Position numbers and translations under genes: made by a program. The notes below the pieces were generated by a model, which made no database searches, had not been told where the DNA came from, and saw only the letters and a list, made by a program, of their open reading frames with translations. A DNA stretch of 62,980 nt, the filler included. It is 13 parts of 13 records of this genome, joined end to end, with 100 filler letters (N's around TTAATTAATTAA, not from the genome) between each part and the next. Parts side by side here need not be neighbours in the genome. Positions count along the whole stretch, not along the records: positions 35,635 to 41,066 come from SRR9670534_537; positions 41,167 to 46,455 come from SRR9670534_546; positions 46,556 to 50,743 come from SRR9670534_547; positions 50,844 to 54,390 come from SRR9670534_551; 9 more parts are not named here. One strand, written 5' to 3'. Shown one piece after another: positions 39,576 through 50,894 of this stretch. Position 1 is the stretch's first letter; each line of letters starts with the position of its first letter.

Positions 39576-41224
39576 GCTACAATCAAATGATGAAGAGAAA
39601 TTTTATTTGCAACTCTTGTAATACATATATATTATTGTCCTGATTATGCAACACATGGACAGATTTATTACTCCAATAGGATTTTAATAAATATAGCAAT
39701 AAGTAATAATGAACTATGATCATAGTTACCGAAGGTATCATAAACAAAAGTATACAATGCTTATTATTAATCATAGACGTAATACATAATACATCAATAA
39801 CAATAAAGGCGACATCTTTTGATAATAGCTTTAAGTAGGTCAATACTTCCCATTTGTAAACTTGAGAAATTCAACTATCAGTCAAAGAGTGCCTTCAAAT
39901 TATAGCACAAGCCTATTGTGGTTTTTTCGAAAAGAAGACAGATTTCTCCAGATTTACAATCTTTTTGCCTTCTGCAAAGAAGACTGTCCTTACCAAAAAT
40001 CTACGAATATGGCGTTTATAAAATTATGTTATAAAATTATGCAATTCTTACGTCAAAGTTTTTATAACGAGTAGCTGCATTAGCAATCGTTGAAGCCGAC
40101 ATGAATATACAAAGAATGACCAAGAGTCCAGTAAAATTCATTTAGTACTGATGTTGTTATTGGTAATAGCAGGTATAAGGTAAAATGAAAAATAAATATT
40201 ATTAAAAACTGCAAGTCGAACATTAATAAATACCATATTATGTCTGTCAATCGTCATGATCATCATGATAAAAATAATTAACGGTTGGAGTCTCAGGATT
40301 ATGATTTAGAAAATGCCACAGAGTAAATAACATCTTTAAACTAGGTGCGAGTGGATCCACCTACTGATTAATAATATTCCACTCAAAAACAAATTCTGTT
40401 AATGCCTATTCAATGGGAGACTTTATCATGCACAAGTCCACTTGGTTTACTTAATAATTTCGTAGTACGTAATACATGGGCCGATCAGGCGGCCTACGCA
40501 AAATATAATATGTAAATGGTGCTCTGCTATTTTTATTGTAAGTCTACTGTATCAAATTATTCATAATACCATAAACACCCACTTGTGACTTCTATTTATA
40601 AGACAAATTGAAAGCGGTAAAAATAGCGACATCTAGAAAAAGATGCTTTAAATTTTTGCTATATTATAATATATTCACGTATTACTAGTATATGAATATA
40701 TTCACGTATTAGTAATAGGATATGTCATTTATTATTTATTCTTATCAAAGGTAATAAACACATTATTATTAAATAGGCAAGAGCTTCATGTGGCTAAAAC
40801 ATAAGCCCATATCATAATTTTTTCTCCAATAAACGCAAAATGAACCTTGCTTGCAGTCTGTATCATCCTTGCACAAAAGGCTGGTGCTCTTCATAAATAG
40901 CTAAAGAACCATGATTAATTCATAAGTATTGTATCATGCAAAATCATGAGAAATAACGCATAAAAAATTTCAATTTTCAAATTTATTGGGAAAACTTTGA
41001 CTAGGGTACAACGGTTGAAGCCTACCTAAGCTTTTGCAAAAACTGATTTTGTATAGAAATCCCATANNNNNNNNNNNNNNNNNNNNNNNNNNNNNNNNNN
41101 NNNNNNNNNNTTAATTAATTAANNNNNNNNNNNNNNNNNNNNNNNNNNNNNNNNNNNNNNNNNNNNTATCAATATAAATAATTATTGTTATTATTAATAA
41201 TATTATTAATTATAATATATATAG

Positions 41225-41661
41225 GGTCTAATTTTAATGATAATGGCTTCCTGGATAAGACGTGGTGGCCCAATGACACAAAAAGAGCATTTTCAAAAGA
41301 AGCTCAATGTCTCTTAAAATCAGCTAATAAGAAGCCTTGTCTGGGTGATATTGGTGGTATAAGAATAGCTTTTTATGCATTAAAGCAGTGGCAAAGACTA
41401 GCATTCCTACTTAAAGGAGCCAGCAGTGATGAAGCCCTAAAGTTACCTAATCTTCCCCAGGACTTAAATCAACAAGACAAGATCTTTTTCATTCAAGCGG
41501 CACAATCATATTGTTCTGAAAAAAGGGATGTTTTATATCCACACTATCAACAGGTTATCAATGATGTCATGGCAAACTTTGAGAAATTCTCTGAAACATT
41601 TGAATGCCCAGTTGGGTCGAAACTGAATCCGAAGAAAAAATGTTCTCCTTGGGGACAGTAA
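41225..41661 (+). CDS. Neprilysin/M13-like gene, copy A (last exon only)
   Basis: FNDNG..WW..TKRAFSKEAQC..DIGGIRIAFYA..LPNL..FFIQAAQSYC..NFEKFSETFECPVGSKLNPKKKCSPW. Confidence 0.85.
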
Positions 41662-42151
41662 ATATCATAAAATTAGTAATCAAATTTTAATAATGAAATA
41701 AAGAAACAACAAAACTGTTCAGCACAGCCTGGCTTTCCGAAAGAGTCTTTGAGATTTAATTAACAATACAATGTTTATTAATTAGTCTTGAAGCTGTTGA
41801 TATTATAGTATAGTCATAATTGTATTCAAATTATGGTTAAAATTACCAAAGTTTCTTACTATTTAATGATATATCTTTTATTCAAAAATGTCTGGTATTT
41901 GTGTTGCTAAATAATACTTACCAATGGTATTTTACCAAAATATAGTCATCTAGTATATTGTTATTATTAATAATATTATTATTAGCATTGAATATTATAT
42001 ATTTGTTATAGTTTATTACAATAATTAAATTATTATAATTTGCTTATTTTTTGCAAATTAATAGCGTTTTTGACATATTCGTATGTACAAAACGCACAAT
42101 TTTTAAAGTATTTTTATTTTACAAGAAGATTTACCAAAAGCTCACAATACT

Positions 42152-45100
42152 ATGGCAGAAGATTTATCAAAATCTATTGGGGGTGCGAGAAGAGGAACAC
42201 CACCTTCCAGCAAGTCTGTTAAAACCCCAGAAGTACCATTGGTAGCACCAGTTGCACAGCTCTTGCAAGCTCCTCCTCTCGCGCCAGCTCCTCCTCCTGA
42301 AGTTATTCAATACCCAGTAATTCCTCAGGTAACTCAATACCCAGTAATTCCTCAAGTAGCTCAATACCCAGCTCTTCCTCCTCCTCCTCCACCACCTCCA
42401 CCACCTGAGGAAACACTCACTAAACCTGAGCAATTGTCTAACGAACCTCCATCAGAAAAAGATGTCGCTGGTGAAGAGCTTGATGAAGAAAAAAGTGAAA
42501 TACTTGAGAAATTGAGAAAAAGAAGACAAAAGTTCCATATTCTTGGTTCAGTTATCATTTTCTTGGTATCAACCCTCTTTATAATCTTTGCTGTTCTTTA
42601 TCTTACGAAAGGAGTAAAAGAAAGACTTTATCAAATGACCTATTTTTACAATACAACAGGTGATGGCATCTGTAACTCACCTGCCTGCTTTGAAGCCGCT
42701 GAAACCATACTTAAGCATGCAAATTTAAATGCTGATCCTTGCAAAGATTTTTACACGTACTCTTGTGGAAATTACAAGAATCCTAATCCTCCCCTTTCTG
42801 CTGCATCGAAATATTTAGATAGTAACATAGTTCAGTTACTAAAAGGGGAGAAATTGGGTAAAGATCCTTATTATAAACCCCAAAAATTTCAAAGTATGAA
42901 GAAGTTCTACGATCTCTGTGTGAAAAAATTTGGCAAATTGAAGGACATTAAACAGCACAATCAATCGATCGTTTTTAAATTAGAAGCTTTGAAGAATGTG
43001 ATAAAGGACAAAGAAGAGGTTCTAGCCTTTTTTACAAACTTGGGATATTTGTTTAAAAGTGGTTTACAAATTGATGCTTTTACCCATCAGACCATGTATC
43101 CAACCCTTCGCCAAGGTGAGCTCTTGATACCGTACCAGGATTACAAAGAACAAAAAAAATCGTCCATTGAGTTTGCTAAACAAACTTGGAATAAGTGGGT
43201 TAGAACATTGGCACCAAAAAGCCCAAATATTGAAGAAAACACTGAAAAGGTAGCTAAATTTGAAGAAAAGGTAGCAAAATACATGTTTGAAAGTGGTTTT
43301 GAAGCGTCACATCAGCAAAATTTCAGAGTTGGTGAACTAGGTATTTTCTACTCTGCTTTGAATTTTTTGAAATTTTTTAAAGCGTTTTTTAAATGGAGCC
43401 AATATGAAACATTTTTGGAAAACAAAACCAAGGAGATGATTATGGTATATGAGGATTTTAAAAATCACCCCTTTGTAAATGCATTTATAAAGCTCTTTAT
43501 CTCTGAAATTTTACCCAATCCTGAATTGGTGCACCATTTGGCTTTGATAAGATTAATACAAATGTACCAGAATTTCTTGTTGGAAAGCCCAAAAAGAGCA
43601 GAATTACAGTGTGTTAAGGAAGTAAATAAAGGAATTCGTTTTGGATTTCCTCTTGCAGAAGTCTATGATAGGGAGTTTTTAATAAAGGAAGAATCCAGAC
43701 AATCCTTAGAAAAACTGTTCAACATTTTGATCCATTCTAAAAAGAATAAGTTGACAACAGTACCATATCTCAAAGAAGAACACGAATGGATGGTTGAAAG
43801 ATTACAGAAAAAAGCAGATGAAATGAAAATGGTTGTAATTGATGGTAAACCATGGACTTTCATGGACAATATTTATGATTTGCAAATGAATGATAATGTC
43901 AGCTTGATAAAGATTGTGGACACTCTGGAACTTGGTCATGCAAAAAGTCAATATGAACAGGTTGTGGAAGAAAAGAAATTTGATAAGAGCAGCCATTGGC
44001 CAGATGGTATATCGCCACTGGGAAATGAAACATATTATATTCCTTATGGAAATTCCTTGGCTGTACAAACTGGATGGTTAATGCCACCTTTCTTTTATAA
44101 AGGAGGGGCAGAATTTCTCAATTTTGGTGGCTTAGGGTTGAAAATGGCAGACCTCATTGATGAAGCCCTAAGTTTGGCAGGTAAGATTTTGCGTTTGAAG
44201 TACCACCTGCCAGTAATGCACTGGCTATATTAGTGGTACTATCATAGTGGTTTTGAACTTCAAAATTTGAGCTTCAAAAGCTAAGCTGATTCAGCTTATA
44301 GGCCTATAGTATAGTATATGCGGCGCATATATTGCATATAGTATACGCGGCGCATATTATGCCCATATAAATATTGATTAATAGCATAGAGATAAATTTA
44401 TTTATCTCTATGATTATTAGTAGTAATGTAATATATTTATTTATCTCTATGATTAAAAATAGTAATGTAATATATTCAATGTATATACAACAGTAAGTTA
44501 CTATTGTACTACTAAATCATATCAGACTGATAGTTAGACTATATTATAGTTAGGCTATATTATAGTACTACAATGTATGGTTACCATGGTAATATACCAT
44601 ACATTGTGGAATATTATACTATAATACTATTACTATATCATTATACTATATTATAGTAGTATACTATATACTGTGGAATAATGCAATATATTACTACTAG
44701 TAATTACTATAATATAGTAATTACTATTAATAGTCTATTACTATAATATAGTATTTACAATTTGTATAGTATATAATGTCTAAGTTTACCATTAATGAAT
44801 TCTATACACTACAATAAAAATAGATAGTAGTTATTAATATCTTAAGATTATATTATAAGATATTATAATAATATCTTATAATATAATTTTACAATATATT
44901 GCACAATTAATAAAACTGCTTTAGGATCCTAATAAGTCGATTACTTAGAAAAATTTATATTACCAGCTGTATTACGTAGAAAAATTTATTGATATCTTAT
45001 ACATCGCTTACATAGGGGGCATGTTTAACGAAAAGGGTTTGTTAGTAGAAGACCCTTATTGGCCAGATATTATTATCAAGGATGCATTTATCAACAATTC

Positions 45101-45389
45101 AAAATGCTACAATGATCAACATTTCCTATGCAGAGGCTTAAGGGCTGGTTTTCATACTTTAAAGCAATGGCAAAATAATGCTAACAATAATGAAAATTTA
45201 AAACTACCAAAACTTCCAAAAGGTATAAATGATCTGGAAAAGATCTTTTTCATTCATTCTATTCAAAGTCATTTCTGTGCCAGTAAAGATCATGTGGACT
45301 ATAATAAATATAAAGATGGTGCAAATTATTTGGTGAAAAATTTTGACAAATTTTCTGAAACCTTTAAATGCCCAGTCGGTCAAGCATGA
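42152..45389 (+). CDS. Neprilysin/M13-like type II membrane protein, copy B (exons 42152-44180 and 45016-45389), lacking HExxH
   Basis: Pro-rich cytoplasmic tail, one TM, CNSPACFEAA..ADPCKDFYTYSCG, PPFF..LNFGGLG, FSETFKCPVG. Confidence 0.88.
44385..44412. repeat. 28-bp CATAGA...TCTATG palindromic mini-insertion with probable 8-bp TSD
   Basis: CATAGAGATAAAT-TT-ATTTATCTCTATG; flanks ATTAATAG / ATTATTAG match at 7/8. Confidence 0.72.
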
Positions 45390-45665
45390 ATCTCAAAAAG
45401 CAACTACAGACATCAAACAACTGCTATTTTCAATATATTTATTATGAATAATAATAATAATCTTCTTTATGATTATAATAATAAATATTGTGATAGTAAT
45501 TATATTTTAATTTAGAATCATACTAATCTTAGATTAGTAATCTAACTTACAGTTAAGCTTCTACGAAAAATACATTATAAAACCTCTATTTAAAATTATA
45601 AAAGAAAACGCTATTTTATTAAATTTGAATATACAGCAAACTTAGCAAAAACTTTTGTTCTAAAT

Positions 45666-46455
45666 ATGTCAGAAGATCCGTCAGTATCCATTGGTGGAAC
45701 AGACAAAAAGAAAACGCCACCTTCATTTAGTAGATCTTTCAAGTCAACAAAAACACCCTTGACACCCGTAGCTCCGCCACCATCAGTACCCACACAAGCT
45801 CCTCCTCATACGCAGAATGTTTATCCAACACCTAGGGTTGTTGAAAGCCCAGCACCACCTCCACCTCCTTCGAGTGCAGTTCTTCAAGACCAACCTGTAA
45901 ATGAACCTCCGCCAGATAAAAGTATTAAAAGTAAAGATGTCGCTGATAAAGGCGAAGAAAAAGACGAAAAAGCAAGACAATCAAGCAAAGGCACCAAAAG
46001 ATTGTTAATCATTGGTTCCTTGATAATTCTGTTGCTTTCCTTTCTGTTCATAACATTTGCTGTCCTTTACCTTACCCATGGGATTGAAGAGAGACTGTAT
46101 GGTGTAGCATATAGATGGAGCACCAAATCAAATGGCACCTGTAGTACAGCTGCTTGTTTGCAAACAGCTAAAACGTTGCTAAAATACATGGATTTCAAAG
46201 CTGATCCTTGTAAAGATTTTTATCAATATTCTTGTGGCAAATATCCAAATGATATGAACATGCTTGTAGCTAGAGATTATTTAAACAGCAAGGCAATGCA
46301 ATTATTGGATGGCAAAAAGTTAGGTAGAGGTCGCTATTCAGCCAAAAAGTTCAAAAATACTAAAGATTTCTATGATGTTTGTATAAAGAAAATTGTTGAC
46401 ATTGAGGAACATAAAAAGTTCATCTTTGATAAGTTATCAGGTTTGGACAAATTAA
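45666..46455 (+). CDS. Neprilysin/M13-like gene, copy C (5' part, truncated)
   Basis: Paralogue of copy B: MSEDPSVSIGG, Pro-rich tail, TM, CSTAACLQTA..ADPCKDFYQYSCG. Confidence 0.85.
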
Positions 46456-46663
46456 NNNNNNNNNNNNNNNNNNNNNNNNNNNNNNNNNNNNNNNNNNNNT
46501 TAATTAATTAANNNNNNNNNNNNNNNNNNNNNNNNNNNNNNNNNNNNNNNNNNNNGCCCCTTGCACGTACTTATTATTGATAATACACTTTCAATAGTGT
46601 TGTCAATACTATTCTACCATAATAATATTATATTATTAATATACTATCAGTGTATGACGCATC

Positions 46664-49357
46664 ATGTTTTACGTAACATCTCCTTCTTTAGATGTTAACC
46701 TTATGAAGGATCTTCTAAAACTACACCTGAGAAACTTCTATATGAATCAATATGGTATTGTGAAATCCCCATACGAATCCGCTGGTAGCAAAGGATTTGT
46801 CACAGCAAATCTAGAAACTACAATTGACATTGGTGAAAAGTATGACCCAAATCAATTTTCAACCATTTCAATCATAAGTTCATATGAACAACTTTTCTTT
46901 CATGAAAATGCAAACTACATCCTATTGGTTGGTTCCAAGGGCATTGGTAAAAGTACTTTGTGCAGAAAAATGGTCATAGACTGGTCTTCTGGAAGTGGTC
47001 TTTTAGCAGACAATTATGACCTAGTTTTTCTTTTAAACCTTGGAGACTTATCAAAATTAAAAGTGACAAGATTTTTATACAGAATCCTACAATGTTCAGG
47101 TCTGATTCCAAAAGATATCAAACATGAAGATTTTTTGGATATAGCTCCATTTTATTCCATCCTAATTATAGCTGATGGTTTTAATGAGTATGACTTTGAC
47201 CCTCTCAAATCGGATTGCCTACTTTCATTGCTGAGGGGTGAAATTTTCTGCAAAGCCATTGACATAATTTTGAGCTGTAGAGAAGAATATTTGAAAGATG
47301 GTTATTCTGTAATAGATTTTGAAAACATGAATGTCCAATATGACAGGATAGTTGGATTTAGCCAACAACAAATGGAATCTTCAATTGTTAGCTACTTGGG
47401 TAAAGCCCCCACTATTGATTGCAGTAGGTATTATGATATTTTCAAATCTTCACCTTCCCTTCTTTGGTTTCTATGTTATTTTCTTGAAAATGCAGAAAAA
47501 GAATCAAACCCAAGATCACTCCTGCATATCTATGGCTTTGTGTTAGCTCAGCTACTTAACAAAATGCCTAAAGATGTTGCACAGCAAACATACAAAGAAG
47601 TTTGTGAGATGGCATGTAATTACTTACTCAACCCTGAAAAGCCACCAGAAATGGAATTTAACAATGAGCACTTGATGTTGGGACAAATGAAAACATTCAA
47701 GGAGCACCAAGAAATTAAAGTGGAATTTTTTTCATATTCCCTACAGGAATACTTTGCATTGGAGTTTTTGCTATTAAGAGCAATTTCTATGGGTACATTT
47801 CATCTGCATGATGATTACAAACTAACTGAAATGTTTGGTGAAAATTACATTAATAAACTTGGATATATCTTCCTGAGCTACATTAATTACAATAAGGAAA
47901 AATTGATTTCATACAGCAATGGAAATGTTAGAGGTGGATACCAACATGGATACTTGAAACCAGTTTTAAGAATGTTTGATGGAAGCAATATTGCAGAAAA
48001 GAAGAAAGATTTCATAACTGGTTTCTGCTGCCATCTATTTGCAAATACATCAAATCAACAAATCCTTCCCAGAAGTTGTAATTTTCAAAATTTGGACAAT
48101 TGTTTAAACTCCACAATTCCATGGAATTTCAAAAGTAGTGAAGAAATCATATATTTGGTAAAATCAGCAACATTTGGATTAAGTGTTGGTGCAGATGGCT
48201 ATTGTTTGTTAGCAATTATTGCTCACTTGTTTGGCAAAGAATTCAAAACATTTCAACTCATTCAGCTAGTTTTGGCAATTAAGTCCAGCAGATTTAGCAA
48301 ACTGATGTTTCAAGTAGACTCCCTATCACTTTCTGGCACAGTTGATATAGAAAATAATGAAGTCCTAATTTTTGAGGATGAAATAAAATGTTCTACTTTG
48401 AGCAGTTCCATAGAACAATTCTTAAAAGCATGTTCCTGTAGATTTATAACCATCAGATGGGATGGTAACTTGACAGACAAAATAGCTAAAAAATTTGAAG
48501 ATCATGAAGTTCTAAGGAAAATTTCTTCAATTTCAACTCTTACTTATGATGCAGAGTGGAAGAAGATTTCAAATATTTACATTGGTAAAATGAAGATTGA
48601 TGATGATCCCTTTGAAATAGTTGGATGCTCACAGCCTGATTATTACATATGGGATAGTTTGGCTCATGAGGGTATAATTTCAAGAATTACTCCATATTTG
48701 GCATTTATTGATAATGATATTACCTTTCAAAATATGGAACTTTTGTCAAACTTTGAAGATAAATATAGATATGTTGGATTTAGAAATCTTCAAACTTTTC
48801 AAAATTGGACTTTTAATTTGCAAATTTTTGAAAGTAATGTTTTGAATAAAAATTTCAAAAATGATGAAGATTTGTTAAAAGCTAAAATTTTGCTGCCAAT
48901 CAAAGCTGTTTCAGATATTTATGCTACTTTAATTTCTAAGTTCATGAAAAAAGTTTCTGTTGAAGATATAGTAGAAGCAGATGTCATTATTTTTAGCAAC
49001 AAAAGATATTATGAGGAATTTTCATTTCAAAATATCCATGTTAAAAATAGTAAAGTGATTATCATGGGAGTTTCATTTTCTTCAATTATGTATGATTTGT
49101 CACATTTTATCAACAGTAATATTGTTATTGTTAGTAATGCACCAACTGATAAACTAGATGATGTTCTTAATCATGCAAGAATGTACTTATATTCTGAAAT
49201 CATAGATCAGTTAGAGATCTTTACAATCTCTCAAAGTTCAACAGATCAAAGAAAGAAAAAACAAGTCACATTTGATGATAGCAGAGATATTGAATGGTAT
49301 CAGCTTGATGTACCAAAATATCTTAAAAATATTAGAAAAAGTTGTTTAGTTAGTTAG
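46664..49357 (+). CDS. NACHT-domain (NLR-like) STAND NTPase; one long exon, possibly missing upstream exons (acceptor near 46691)
   Basis: Walker A LLVGSKGIGKSTL; YDLVFLLNL; Walker B ILIIADGFNE; ILSCR; IVGFS; PSLLWFLC; FFSYSLQEYFA; ends KSCLVS. Confidence 0.88.
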   Translation: MFYVTSPSLDVNLMKDLLKLHLRNFYMNQYGIVKSPYESAGSKGFVTANLETTIDIGEKYDPNQFSTISIISSYEQLFFHENANYILLVGSKGIGKSTLCRKMVIDWSSGSGLLADNYDLVFLLNLGDLSKLKVTRFLYRILQCSGLIPKDIKHEDFLDIAPFYSILIIADGFNEYDFDPLKSDCLLSLLRGEIFCKAIDIILSCREEYLKDGYSVIDFENMNVQYDRIVGFSQQQMESSIVSYLGKAPTIDCSRYYDIFKSSPSLLWFLCYFLENAEKESNPRSLLHIYGFVLAQLLNKMPKDVAQQTYKEVCEMACNYLLNPEKPPEMEFNNEHLMLGQMKTFKEHQEIKVEFFSYSLQEYFALEFLLLRAISMGTFHLHDDYKLTEMFGENYINKLGYIFLSYINYNKEKLISYSNGNVRGGYQHGYLKPVLRMFDGSNIAEKKKDFITGFCCHLFANTSNQQILPRSCNFQNLDNCLNSTIPWNFKSSEEIIYLVKSATFGLSVGADGYCLLAIIAHLFGKEFKTFQLIQLVLAIKSSRFSKLMFQVDSLSLSGTVDIENNEVLIFEDEIKCSTLSSSIEQFLKACSCRFITIRWDGNLTDKIAKKFEDHEVLRKISSISTLTYDAEWKKISNIYIGKMKIDDDPFEIVGCSQPDYYIWDSLAHEGIISRITPYLAFIDNDITFQNMELLSNFEDKYRYVGFRNLQTFQNWTFNLQIFESNVLNKNFKNDEDLLKAKILLPIKAVSDIYATLISKFMKKVSVEDIVEADVIIFSNKRYYEEFSFQNIHVKNSKVIIMGVSFSSIMYDLSHFINSNIVIVSNAPTDKLDDVLNHARMYLYSEIIDQLEIFTISQSSTDQRKKKQVTFDDSRDIEWYQLDVPKYLKNIRKSCLVS

Positions 49358-50894
49358 AATATATAAAATAACATTTATCAATTTTATTATTAATATAACC
49401 CAAAGTTGCTATTAGTAATTGTATAATGCATAACAACATTTTTAATTAAAATGTATATCATAAAACTACGCTTATTATTTGCATATGTATATGTCATAAA
49501 ACTTTGTTTCTAACATTTATGTATAGTGTATAGTTATCATGTGACTAATATTATGATTATCAAAGTTTCTATCATATTAATTACTCAAATAGTTTACTTT
49601 CCTATATAATTATACATTATATTTACTATATAATTCTAAGATTATTTTGAAGTAATAGAATTTAAGAATATTTTGAAGTAATTTTTCCCAAAAAGTGATC
49701 ATAAAATGTATTATAAAAATTGCAGAATATATACTACATTATATATGCTATGTACTACAATATACTTTACTATTATTTAAAATAAAATATTGCAACTATA
49801 GCTTTATAATTATAAACACTGCTTATAAGCAATATTTTATACATATGTATTTCATTCTTTTTTAGTAAGAAATTAAAATAGTAAAAATTGTTTACATATA
49901 ATTATTACTATTAATAATAATTATTAATAATATATAGTAACTATATAATTTTTAGCAAGCTTGCATTTTTCCTCAATAATATCTTAAATAACTTAAATAA
50001 CAATTCAACTCAGTTCAATCCAATTTTTGAAAAAACTAGTTATTTCCATGATTGATATGATCTTATTAAGATGCATACTACATTGCACATTTGTTTTTCT
50101 GCATAACTTTAGCATTATTAATAATAAGCATTAGCTGTTATTGTTAACATTAATAATTATTAGCTCTTATTTTTCATAGTTTGAAAATTATTTATACAAC
50201 ATGAATATTTATAAAACATTACAAATGTATTGTAAATCAAAAATATACTAGTATAAGTAGTGGATTACATGATAGTAAAAAAGAGACTGACTTTATTTAT
50301 AAGCTTCTAGCTAAGATGCAATATTGCATCTATTTGAAATTCACTAGCTCAAATTTCCATTAATGATTAGTATTCTATGATAGATCTTTTATTTTTGAAA
50401 CTACTATGAGAAATAAAGTTTATATCTGCAAATGATAGCATTTATATAATTTAGTGGCATAGTTAATAAATAATGCAGCATTATTAATCCTATTAGAAAT
50501 ACCAAATAAGCATAGCATAACTCTGCTATAATATAGCAGATTAAATATTATATACCTAATAACATTGAATATAGCAGCTATATTCAACGTTATTATATAA
50601 TATTTAATCTATACATCTAAAGTTTTATATTATTCATTTAAATTATTATTGATATTATATGTAAAAAGAAAATATTATAATGTTTAAAATTTTAATTAGA
50701 AATAGTTTCAAGAATATATGCATATATATATATATATATATATNNNNNNNNNNNNNNNNNNNNNNNNNNNNNNNNNNNNNNNNNNNNTTAATTAATTAAN
50801 NNNNNNNNNNNNNNNNNNNNNNNNNNNNNNNNNNNNNNNNNNNTCGCAACAACTGTTTGAGAAAATATATTATTTTTATAGAGTTCCTATTCAC

